Notes under the pieces: generated by a model
Seen by the model: the letters and a program-made list of their open reading frames with translations, nothing else
What the model was told of the DNA's origin: nothing
Databases searched by the model: none
Program-made: the position numbers and the translations under genes
From: Oopsacas minuta
Taxonomy: Eukaryota > Animalia > Porifera
Assembly: GCA_024704765.1 (NCBI GenBank)
Contig: JAKMXF010000144.1
Span: 124,001 to 188,000, forward strand
Length of the DNA: 64,000 bases
Direction: 5' to 3'
Shown here: positions 15,701 to 25,487 of the stretch, piece after piece
Layout of the letters: each line of letters begins with the position of its first letter
Numbering within the stretch: position 1 is the stretch's first letter

Positions 15701-18700
15701 TTGAAGAAATACAAATATACAATAACAAGCCACAAGTAATTGACGATTTTCTGACTAATAATACCAGTATAGATGTTAATGAGATAGATACAACTGGTAG
15801 AACACCACTATTCTATTGTGTAGACACATTTGATAAGAAGAGACAGGATTATATCCTGGAGAGTGACTCATCTAAATGGCCTCGGTTCGTACGAATCGCT
15901 GAAATTCTAATCAAACACGGCGCAGATATCAAGAAGCCGGTATTAACTGGATGGACAGTGTTACACGAAGCAGCGCGACATGGCGATATGCCACTTATAC
16001 AATTGCTGATGCGACACAAAATGGATTCTACAACTGACACTGACGTAGGTGGCCAGCTACCCGCAGAAGTGGCAGGCTCACATAACCACATAAATTGTGC
16101 CATTCTCCTCGACTCATACACACTCTCTCTCAAACGACAATGTAGATACGTGTTACTAAAATTAGGAATGGGTCCTAAAATAGCACAACTTCCAATTCCA
16201 ATTCATCTCAAACTATTTTTGAATTATCAAAACCCATTCAAAGGTTTCAAATGGGTTTTGACACCTCAAAGGCCATTTTATGACACACAAATAGCCAACA
16301 AACAGATTGAAGCAAATACAGTCATTGAATTTGTACGGTCACACGCTAACGACGAGTTTGTCAAAAGGAATGCTGACATATTGAATGGGAAAAAAGATTT
16401 AAATTCTGTTTCTAAAGAAGTACCACAAGGTGCAAATTGTCTCCAGAACACTTCCTGTGAGGAACCAAAAGTGTCAGACCTGATACAGCTGATGAATCAG
16501 ATGTACACAGAAGGAGCATTCCAATGTATCGATTATACAGAACCACTTCCAAGACCACCTCGGTACTCAATGGATGAAATATAAATTGATACTATTTTTA
16601 GAACATTATTATCATAGCAACCAATAACTAACTTGAGAATGTTTGTTTTGATACTCTATAATATGCTCATTAAGTCTTGACACCTCTTCATTTTTGTGTC
16701 TAACATCTCGTGACAGTTTTTCCCTGGCCTGTTGAGCTGTGTCACATTGTGTCTGTGTGGTGTTTAGTGTAGTTTTGATTGAATTAATCTCTAACTCAGA
16801 GGAATTGACTTTACTTTTTAATTCGTCTTCTTTTATACGAAACGTACGCATATTCTCATCTGCCATCCTCTCGTTAGCCAATAGGATTTCTCGCAGCTTA
16901 TCAATCTCCCGATGACTTTCATTCAACTATTTTATGTACATAATAACATACATAACGTATTGGACAGTGGTTATCAACCTTTTATACCCATGGACTGCAA
17001 TACAATTTTGAGATCATGTGGGCCCCCTGCTGTTGTCAGTGACCACCAAGTGGTCTATAGACCCCTGTTTAGGAACCGCTGATAAATGGGTAACCAGCTG
17101 CTGTGAAATTTAGCTACACGACGCACCTGCATAGCAACTGGAATGGCTTAATGGTATGTGTCATGTGAGTATTATTTTTTTTTAATATAAAAGTAAGAAT
17201 ATGCACATTAAGGTTAGTCATGGCTTCAGTCAAGTTATCATTTCACAATATTGAACTAGGATGTGTATAATATGGAACTAACACCTAACCTGTACTTCCA
17301 TCCGTTGTATATTATCAGAATTAACATCAAATTGTCTATCTACACTTTTCAGTGTATTCTTAGCACTTCTTAGATCAGAATTCAAGAGTTCATTCTCTCT
17401 AAGTTGATTAATGAAATTGTCCTCTGTCTCCTTCAACCTGGACAACAGGAGTTCCTGTTGTGTGAGTGCTTGCTTGACCCTCCCCTCCTCTTGATGTTGA
17501 TCCCTTAGCATCCGTCTAAGAGCCGCGTTACATGCGTCAAACTCTACCAGAGTCTTCAGGAGTTCATCTCTGAGCTCGGTCAGATCCTGAGCTACTCCTT
17601 GGCCATATGATCCTATAGGGTTATAGTGGGGTAACTAGCTTTGAGGCAGATGGGGGTAATCTCCCCCTCGCCCTATTTTAAGAGCCAATTTAATAATTCA
17701 TATACTTGGCTTCCTCGCGATGAAACAATTACCCCTTACCAAATATGCAGTAAAATCTTAATACAAATAAAACCAGTTCAATTAATAAACAAACAAACAA
17801 ACAAACAAACAAACAAACAAACAAATAAATAAACAAATAAACAAGTGAAATTATAAAGTGTTTTGCTTCTTTGGAAGTTGTTTACGAGTAAGAGAAGAAT
17901 ATATAGAATTTGTTACTTGTTTTGTTTTAAAAATATCTGACACCTTGATAAAACTCTCTGTCATGTGCATCTCATAAGCGAGGTTATCCTGATACAGCTT
18001 ACTGTGGTCTACATTGGACTCTAGACCCCTCAGAATGTTCCGTCCGTCGACCACGTCATCTGGACGTTTCTCCATCCACGTGGTTATAAATATGACAATA
18101 AACAGGAGGGGATACTGCGGAGGGGTCTTAGCGAATGCGTAATTATTTGATAAATTGTCCTTAGATTCCAAAACTAATTGTTTTATGTGTTTTAACTTAA
18201 CTTGGCTGTGTAATTGGAACTGTAACAGGAACTTAAAGTATGTCTTTATGAACTGTAAATAGTCGAAATTGATTGGTCGATGTGTGTTAATGAAAAGCAG
18301 ACACTCAAAACAGGCTTTGACACCTTCCACACCAAAATCCAAGATTCGCTGAGGGGCGATTGAATCGATTTTGTGGCAGAAACGTCCTAATTGTGGCATC
18401 AAGAGCCACATGTACTCTTTTAGTGTCCTGATGCCCAAAATAGAATCCAAAAGTGTCACTGCTAACAAGGAACGTTTCTGGACATCTGATTGGTTCATTT
18501 TATGGTGAGTATATTGCTCCGATGTGATTGGGACTCCATGCTTAATTGATGCTAAAAATAGATTATTCATATCCGGTTTTTTGGCGCTAAATTCCTTGAG
18601 AAGACGCATTTCTACGATGTCATGACAACGGATGGTAACAGGAAATATGTCAGTTAAGGTGTTAATCCCAGTTGACAAGTTCTTGATCTGATAAAGCGTT

Positions 18701-20828
18701 ATAGGAGAGAGGTTGTAGTTATTTTTAGAATATAAGGTGCCAGGTCTAGTAAAGTATTTGTTGAATACTGAAACCGATTTCAAATCTGAGAAATTCTCCA
18801 CAACTCTGCCACTTATTTGTGAAGAATTGTAAGTGGTTGTTTCCCAAAATAGTGGCGGTCCCGGTGTCATAATGTGGTATGGCGTATTCCCAACTGAATC
18901 ACCCAGTTCGACATTAGCCCCCATATTTATCAAATAGCGAATGACGTTGACAATTTTAATCGATAAATCAGGTGATTTGGAGTTGGCGTATTGGAATGCC
19001 AAGTGGTGAAGTGGTGTAATACCATATTGGTCAGGAAGTGTCACTTTATGAACAAATTGTCCTGTCATGTCCAGATGTTTCTTGAATGGAATATTCTTGT
19101 CCTCTCTCGCCAGATAATTAACAACAACTTGTTCCATATTAATATTTTAACAGATATGAATTTTCATCCAATATTTATACCTAAAATGTGGCATACTTTC
19201 ACTTGTAAAATTTGAATTTAATTAATATAGGAACTAAGAAATTGGATAGTTGCAATTCAAATAAATTACAAGAAATAGTTTCAACTATAACCTCGAGGGG
19301 AACTTGATAGCTAGAAGATAGCTAGAAGTGTTGGAATTGTGTCACGCCATCCACCATTGTTTCCATATAGAAACATTATATTAATAATTCTAGAAATATA
19401 GAATTCAAAGTTTATGAAAGAATAGTGTCCTTCAATTGTGTCCTTCAACTGCTGTCTTTGGTTAGAAGAAATAGCGGATGGTGAGCACCAATTATGGATA
19501 CAGTTACACTTTCTAGTTCACTGTTACTTCAGTCAGTATATACGATACCTCCAGATAAGGAGTACATATGTGTACGGGCCCTAGGGTACTTACAGCTTAC
19601 CGTCCGTTGGTGTTGTTTTACCTATGGGCCCCCCATTGTATTAACTGATATGGACCTCTCTCAATTTAGAAGTACATACAACTCTGCTTAATAAGGACAC
19701 TGGAAACTTCTACCATTCCGTTTCAACCAATTCCCGCACCCAAATCGTGATTTTAGCACCTTTTTGACGTCATAAAATCACACATTTTCCACGAAGAATT
19801 CGTTTAAAATTGCGTCATATTTTATAGGAAATTTCTTGAATTAAATATTATTGTTTACTTCTAATTTTAGAATATTTATATTTATATTTATATTTATATT
19901 TATAGCGTAATTAGAGTGTTTACCTTATTACTGCCTAAGGAACTGCAAAACTAAATAAAGTACGTGTTATGGAATGTGATTAATCGAAGAAGAATTTCGA
20001 ATATCTAAACAAGGTGACGAATGTGTCGACCTATAATATATTAACTAACCATTGGATGACTTTTCTCGCTCAACCCTCTGTACAATTCTCCTTAACTTAT
20101 CAGACAATTTGGAACTATCAGCTGATAATAGTTCCGTTTCTAACAACTTTCTCAAAATGCCTTCTCTACTATCTTGCAAATATCTAATCGAATCAAGTCC
20201 ATCTCTTGTCTGTTGACGAATCAAATTAGAGTCTTGTTTAGTCCTATAAGAGGTGTTAGCAAGATCGAGACCCGATAAATCCCCACCCAATTTTTCTCTC
20301 TCCTCCACACGACGAATAGTTCTCTCCAGCTCAACCTAGCAACCGATAGTATGATAAATTATGTGGCTATGTGTAAAACTATTCTTGGAAATATGACTTA
20401 GCAACCAATGGGAGTATAAGGTATGTACTAACCTCAGATTCTAGTTCTTTTATTCTATTCTTAGCATCAATCAGCTGTTCATGAGTTCCACCTGTTTCTG
20501 GTGTTTCTAAAATTAGCTCAGTGGTCTTGCCTTTCACACCTCCACTTCCGGTTAGTTCCGATAACTCGAGGCTCGGTCCAGCTCCATCAGGGGTCCGGAT
20601 TGAGAAACGATTGGGGGTCTGAATTTGGAGAGTGTGAGTGGGACTGTTCCAAGTGAGGCGTGTCGGTTTATTCAAAGACTCCTGGGCGCGCAAACTCGGC
20701 CGTCCCGCGCTCATTTCTGAGAAAGATTTAGATATTTTAGCTGCTTTGGCGCTCAATTTCTTTTTAGCATCTGTCACATGTAAATGTATCGGTGTATCTT
20801 TACCCACGTGTACATGAAGTGGATCCAT
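12724..20828 (-). CDS. ODF2: Outer dense fiber protein 2 / cenexin, 9 exons, about 812 aa; hosts three nested genes
   Basis: Exons 20828-20433, 20335-20050, 17612-17290, 16926-16633, 15473-15192, 15137-14889, 14832-14605, 14538-14303, 12868-12724; phases are consistent (2439 nt). N-terminal [15 protein letters not shown] and C-terminal [17 protein letters not shown] match cenexin (LHVHVDENTPVHVHI; SMQNYVQFLKSSYANVF). Confidence 0.9.
13300..14037 (+). CDS. Orphan secreted repeat protein (signal peptide, GSDNTQL[E/G] x4, 6-Cys module, YPTYYPSQ x7), nested antisense in ODF2 intron 8
   Basis: Exons 13300-13517, 13580-13636, 13698-14037 (phase 2/2, 615 nt, 204 aa). Hydrophobic N-terminus [21 protein letters not shown]. 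Confidence 0.75.
13372..13467 (+). repeat. 24-bp coding tandem repeat x4 (G[A/G]AGGATCAGATAATACCCAGCTG)
   Basis: Units start at 13372, 13396, 13420, 13444. Confidence 0.95.
13810..13977 (+). repeat. 24-bp coding tandem repeat x7 (TACCCTACCTACTATCCATCCCAG) with degenerate flanking units
   Basis: Seven consecutive units encoding YPTYYPSQ. Confidence 0.95.
15673..16584 (+). CDS. Ankyrin-repeat and SOCS-box (ASB-like) protein, intronless, nested antisense in ODF2 intron 4
   Basis: Ankyrin motifs [28 protein letters not shown]; SOCS-box-like [25 protein letters not shown]. Confidence 0.8.
   Translation: MASRYMTGLIEEIQIYNNKPQVIDDFLTNNTSIDVNEIDTTGRTPLFYCVDTFDKKRQDYILESDSSKWPRFVRIAEILIKHGADIKKPVLTGWTVLHEAARHGDMPLIQLLMRHKMDSTTDTDVGGQLPAEVAGSHNHINCAILLDSYTLSLKRQCRYVLLKLGMGPKIAQLPIPIHLKLFLNYQNPFKGFKWVLTPQRPFYDTQIANKQIEANTVIEFVRSHANDEFVKRNADILNGKKDLNSVSKEVPQGANCLQNTSCEEPKVSDLIQLMNQMYTEGAFQCIDYTEPLPRPPRYSMDEI
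16965..17081 (-). mobile_element. hAT-like MITE, degenerate copy, in ODF2 intron 3
   Basis: Ends CAGTGGTTATCAACC and GTTTAGGAACCGCTG. Its reverse complement aligns with 28812-28900 (CAGCGGTTCCTA..CTTGGTGGTC..GACAACAGCAGGGG). No TSD recognised. Confidence 0.6.
17787..17843. repeat. (AAAC)n microsatellite
   Basis: Direct reading; just beyond the stop of the 428-aa ORF. Confidence 0.9.
17851..19137 (-). CDS. 428-aa protein with N-terminal ankyrin-like repeats, intronless, nested on the same strand in ODF2 intron 2
   Basis: Uninterrupted ORF with [12 protein letters not shown] and [20 protein letters not shown]2 exons 2 and 3 join contiguously around it. Confidence 0.7.
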   Translation of the reverse strand: MEQVVVNYLAREDKNIPFKKHLDMTGQFVHKVTLPDQYGITPLHHLAFQYANSKSPDLSIKIVNVIRYLINMGANVELGDSVGNTPYHIMTPGPPLFWETTTYNSSQISGRVVENFSDLKSVSVFNKYFTRPGTLYSKNNYNLSPITLYQIKNLSTGINTLTDIFPVTIRCHDIVEMRLLKEFSAKKPDMNNLFLASIKHGVPITSEQYTHHKMNQSDVQKRSLLAVTLLDSILGIRTLKEYMWLLMPQLGRFCHKIDSIAPQRILDFGVEGVKACFECLLFINTHRPINFDYLQFIKTYFKFLLQFQLHSQVKLKHIKQLVLESKDNLSNNYAFAKTPPQYPLLFIVIFITTWMEKRPDDVVDGRNILRGLESNVDHSKLYQDNLAYEMHMTESFIKVSDIFKTKQVTNSIYSSLTRKQLPKKQNTL

Positions 20829-21043
20829 AAGGACACAATTCCAACAGCTAATTATAGTGCAAAGATATTTACAATAAAGTACTACATATGATTGAACCGG
20901 AACTATAATATACTTAGTTCCTTTTCAAAGTGGAACTATTGAGAAAGTCAATCTACTTCTATGCATTCCTGTTTAAATATCTAAGGTATAAACAGGTTGC
21001 TATGCTATGATTGCTAATACATGATAAATAAGAAAAAAGTGAA

Positions 21044-21943
21044 CTATTTAGAATATACGAATGATTTTACATTTTTGTACCATTTCTCGAGTGCCACATC
21101 GTGTGCCATCATATCCTTGAATGTGTCTAACCCCTCTATACTAGTAATCACTCCATAAACTGACATGTCAGCTAAATTGGGCTCACTGCCACCTAGAAAT
21201 GGCCTGTTGTCACCTATTGCCTTCATCCACTTCCGACTGTCTTTATAAATACTCTCACGGACATCACCTTCGATGTGGTGACGCTTTATGAGACGCTTAG
21301 CAACAAAATACATCGACACAGCACCGATATACTTTCCAAGGAACTTTTGTGTCGAGGTGAATCCCTCTACCCTCATTATGTACTCAAAAGCCAATAAGGC
21401 CTCTCTGGGGCTACGGTATATGTTCACAGGAAATTTATGGACATATGTCTCGTCGACCCATTCACGCCACTTCGCCTCTTCACGCCTAGCGTCTAAGTTG
21501 TCGGCATTACCGTACGCTACTACGAATTTATTCATAATCTCCTTGACAACAGACTTACCCTGTTGGGATGTTACTGTTGGGAAATAAGACATAATTGTGT
21601 CGATGGGTTTCCCTGACACCCTCAGTGACTCTAGGACACTAATTATCAGAGAAGAGTCTCCAATTTGTCTGTTACCATTAATCATAAGAAGTGGCACCTT
21701 ATTATAGGAACTGAACTTCATTTGGCGCTTAAACACAGGATCCACTTCTACTGTCTCATAGGGGATATTTCTTGCGTCCAAATATGTCCTTACTTTACAA
21801 CAAAATGGACAAGTGTTATACTGATAAAGTGTTAATTGTCCTAAAGTGTGTCGCGGAGTGGATTCTTCACAAGTGACATGATTGAGAAAAGAGCTGAGAA
21901 GTATTTTGGAAGCATATTGGAAGTATGAAATGGAACTATGCAT
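21044..21943 (-). CDS. PTGES2: Prostaglandin E synthase 2 (mPGES-2, glutaredoxin/GST fold), intronless
   Basis: LTLYQYNTCPFCCKVRTYLD, YETVEVDPV, SYNKVP, GDSSLIIS, FLGGSEPNLADMSVYGV. Confidence 0.92.
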   Translation of the reverse strand: MHSSISYFQYASKILLSSFLNHVTCEESTPRHTLGQLTLYQYNTCPFCCKVRTYLDARNIPYETVEVDPVFKRQMKFSSYNKVPLLMINGNRQIGDSSLIISVLESLRVSGKPIDTIMSYFPTVTSQQGKSVVKEIMNKFVVAYGNADNLDARREEAKWREWVDETYVHKFPVNIYRSPREALLAFEYIMRVEGFTSTQKFLGKYIGAVSMYFVAKRLIKRHHIEGDVRESIYKDSRKWMKAIGDNRPFLGGSEPNLADMSVYGVITSIEGLDTFKDMMAHDVALEKWYKNVKSFVYSK

Positions 21944-22189
21944 TCTAATACGGAACTAAACATAAATAAATACAATTCACACATTTTAACACCAATTTAC
22001 AAGGTGTATATTTCTGTGCCACATTCCCGCGACACATTAATTAACACCTCTTATAACTACATGATGTAATAAATATACATAAATTTCTATGTTAAAGTAT
22101 TCCTAATTGAATTAAAATTCCATCTTTCATTCTTCTTTCCTTCTAACTAAAAATAAAAGGTGTGAATTAAGAGGCGATATTATGCCACT

Positions 22190-23291
22190 TCAGCTACCCC
22201 ATGGGGTGTCAAAATATATGAGTAACTCACCAGGTACATTAACAGTCCATAAGATCCTGTTTAACACATATCCCATGAAGGTAAATAACAATAACAACAA
22301 GGTAAGGAATATGAAGAATACAGGTATCAGAGGTTTAGGCATGACAGCTAGTAGAGGATACACCCACTTATCTGTCATAGTGAATACTAATAGCACCCTA
22401 TGTAAATAAGTAACTGTTATTGTTTGTTTGTTTGTTTGTTGTTTGTTGTTTGTTGTTTGTTGTTACTTACCATAACACATACAAACTAGCTCCAAAACAA
22501 ACCATATATGCAGTTGGCATAAGTGGCATATATTCATGTGGCATGAGGACACATTCTGAAAGTATCAAGACTCCTACAGCTGTATGCTACAAATAGGATT
22601 AATAAGTAACCATATTAGGTGTGAAAAGCGGCACACTTACCCACAAGTGGTTAAGAAGTGGTGGGAGATGGTCTGCTATGACTTTAGGCCATATCAGCTC
22701 TGGATCCACCCAGTATACTCCCCAGAAAGTTACCATCACAAACTATAATAGGAACCAAACATAAATTAGTTCCAATTACACACACAAAAATGGTGTGAAA
22801 ATAATCATACTATTCCTAACGGGAAAGCAAAACAACTGTAGATGAGGTGTGTCAGTCTCCGAAGCTTAGGTGTCAACGGACTAGCTGGTACCACATCAGT
22901 GAAGAACGCCAAAAAGAAGTACAAGAACTGTATCCACTAAAAATAACATATATAAGAGGCCCGTTACCATGGTTACCACAAGAATGTAGCTAACCAAATT
23001 AATATAAGTCAGGTATTTCCATCTGGCGCCAAAAGTCTGCCAACCAGTGAATGACGTGTTAATGACGTCAGCTGGAATTCCTTTAAATATAGTTGCCTCG
23101 TATGTTTTAATACCCACGTAGACAGCCAATGAGAAGCAATGGAATGTGGATTGTGTGAAAGGCGAGGCCCGTTTTGTGAGAGTATTTGTTATAGTCCCAG
23201 AAGGAACTGGACCCTCGTCTTCAGAACTGGAACTAGAATCCCATAGTTCCTCTTGATCGTCCAAACCATCTGGAACTAATTTAGTAGTCAT
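22190..23291 (-). CDS. AIG1: AIG1/ADTRP (FAR-17a) family membrane hydrolase, 5 exons
   Basis: Exons 23291-22995, 22936-22811, 22742-22641, 22586-22471, 22397-22190. RWKYLTY (catalytic Thr), FWGVYWVDPELIWP, NHLWHT (catalytic His), WVYPLL. An alternative in-frame ATG exists at 23318. Confidence 0.85.
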
Positions 23292-23398
23292 TCTAATTAT
23301 ATAATGTAAATGCCACATTTATTAATATGTCATAATTACAAAAATACACAAATAGGATATATTATACTCGTGGAGATAGATCCTGTTGTTCACACCTC

Positions 23399-23785
23399 TC
23401 ATAATACATTCCATTTCCCATTGTGTTGGTAAGCTGTGTACATTTTACGCGCCTTTTTTCTAACATTCTTGTCCTTATCATTGTACCTCTTCTCCAGAAC
23501 TTCTAGTATCCGATATTCCAGAGATTTGGGCGATCCGTCACCCAAGTTGTGGAGAGCCTGGTCACGTACAATTGGATCCTCATCGTCTGTCATCTCGATG
23601 ATCCGGTCCCAGAGCATGTCGACCTCCGCTAAAGTCTGACAGGGACACATCTCATGTAGTGCACGCCGCCTCTCCTTTGGGTCTGGATGTCTGCTGAGGT
23701 TCAGAATCTCATCGGGTGTCTGATCGCCACATTTTTTGGGCAGAGGTGGTATTACGAATCTGGAGGAGCGTTTCTTGTGTGCCAT
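23399..23785 (-). CDS. Small HEAT-repeat protein with CPC motif, 128 aa, intronless
   Basis: DPKERRRALHEMCPC, DEDPIVRDQALHNLGDGSP, DKDKNVRKKA, ending GKWNVL. Confidence 0.8.
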   Translation of the reverse strand: MAHKKRSSRFVIPPLPKKCGDQTPDEILNLSRHPDPKERRRALHEMCPCQTLAEVDMLWDRIIEMTDDEDPIVRDQALHNLGDGSPKSLEYRILEVLEKRYNDKDKNVRKKARKMYTAYQHNGKWNVL

Positions 23786-24071
23786 TTTACTATCAAGCTA
23801 AACTGTAATTGAATTCTGTAAATACTCAATATATTTATAGAAGAGAATATTCTATTAATAGACATATTCTAAAAATAACTATTCTATTAGTATTTGATTT
23901 TGTACTATTTTAGCCAATAAATGGCGTGAAAATTAATCATATTAGCTGAAGGGATATTTCTCCGTAACCATGGTAAATTCTAAGGAATTCAAACTATTGT
24001 AACTTATGTGAGTCTACTGCATTGATAGATAATTACATCATAGTATACATTATATAATAATTCCATTGCGG

Positions 24072-24724
24072 TTATGTGGTTGTTAGGGAAGAGAGCTGTT
24101 CTCTAATCTTATTCAAACCTAGCAGCATAGTGTCCAGGTTCTCTTTTGTCATTTCCAAATTGTGTACTTTTCTTTTTTCTCGACTTAGTTCCGGTTGTGA
24201 CACCTTTAGTTCCAATAAGCAAGTTGGTACTTGGAGTCTTGTTAACGCGTCACTGCCAGACTTCACATCGATCCTCCAATCAAATTCCTTTAATCTTGGA
24301 AGTGACACCTGATGGTTTGTCGCCTCTTCGCGCCACGTGGCCAAGTTCTGACCAATCGTCTTAGAGAGACCTGCTTTGAGATTTTCAGGGGTCTCTTCTC
24401 TGAAGTAGCCAATCAGGGCCTGGTTGTCCTGAGGGTTGCCGCCCAAAATCTCCTGGAATGTAAGTCTCAAAATGTGTCGCAGGACACAATGCGACACATT
24501 TCTATATCTAATTCAACAAATGAATAGTTTACCTTGATAATCTTTGCTAGTTCCAAAAAAACATCTTTTGCATCTTTAGTTCCAATTTCAAGTTCTCCAG
24601 CTAGCCATTTAGTGGCATGTTCCGACACAAACTCACCATTTGATTGTACAGCTGAGAGAAATGCTTGCTGACAAGTACATATTATTGTTTCTTTTGATTT
24701 TGATTTTAATAATAAATCTACCAT
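24072..24724 (-). CDS. COMMD9: COMM domain-containing protein 9, 2 exons
   Basis: Exons 24724-24533 and 24452-24072. LLKSKSKETI..CQQAF; QVSLPRLKEFDWRIDVKSGSDALTRLQVPTCLL; LDTMLLGLNKIREQLS. Confidence 0.9.
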
Positions 24725-24872
24725 TTTAACACCTAATTGGAACTAAAATATGAGTTTTAGGAAGGTTGGAATTTTGCGTATTCCGAGGTGGCAAGTGTGT
24801 CATATGGAAATGAGGCACATTATAGTATACAAACACATACACACAATAAGTAATCATGAATTATAGAATAAA

Positions 24873-24998
24873 CAGTAGACTCTGCCCAATAGGGTCACTC
24901 CAGCAGGATTAACCGTAACTATTTAACACTATTTGTATGGTTCTGTTTCTGACCAAGTGACCCTATGACCCTGTCAGCCTATTAAGCTGGGTCTACTA
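24873..24998. mobile_element. Possible degenerate Tc1/pogo-type MITE
   Basis: Imperfect terminal inverted repeats CAGTAGACTCTGCCCAATAGG versus the reverse complement of CCTATTAAGCTGGGTCTACTA. No clear TSD. Confidence 0.35.
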
Positions 24999-25186
24999 TA
25001 ATTAATATGAGACACTCACGACATGATGTCGCTCTGAGTATTAATATAGCATATAGCTACCCATAATTACATTCCATAGAACTAGAACTAACCTCATTCC
25101 TATTCTGGAACTAGTAACATTCACTAAACAGTCTTCTGAACAACAATTGAGAAGAGGGACACAATGCCAAAGATAAGACTCTGCTT

Positions 25187-25229
25187 AATAGTGTCACATC
25201 GGGACCAAGCCAGTGATCCGATTAACCGG
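25187..25229 (+). repeat. Short dispersed repeat R2 fragment
   Basis: GTCACATCGGGACCA.GCCA..TGA.CCGATTAACCGG is shared with 52331-52375; a weaker inverted relative lies near 31361-31428. Confidence 0.55.
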
Positions 25230-25487
25230 AGTATTCTATAGTCACCTGTCTCCCTTTGGAGGTGTTATGCGATCATTTAAAGACTCCAATGAACCTGGAA
25301 GACAATATATAGGCGTGGGTACAATACTGTCCCAGTAGTTGGCACAACACAAGGTTTGACACCTGGAGGAAGGAGGACAAATACCCTCTGTAACTTAATT
25401 ATCTCAAATGAATAACATATACTCAAGTTAATTAAAGGTTAATATAGAACAGCATACCAATGAAGTGTACGGGTTACCATGGTGATA

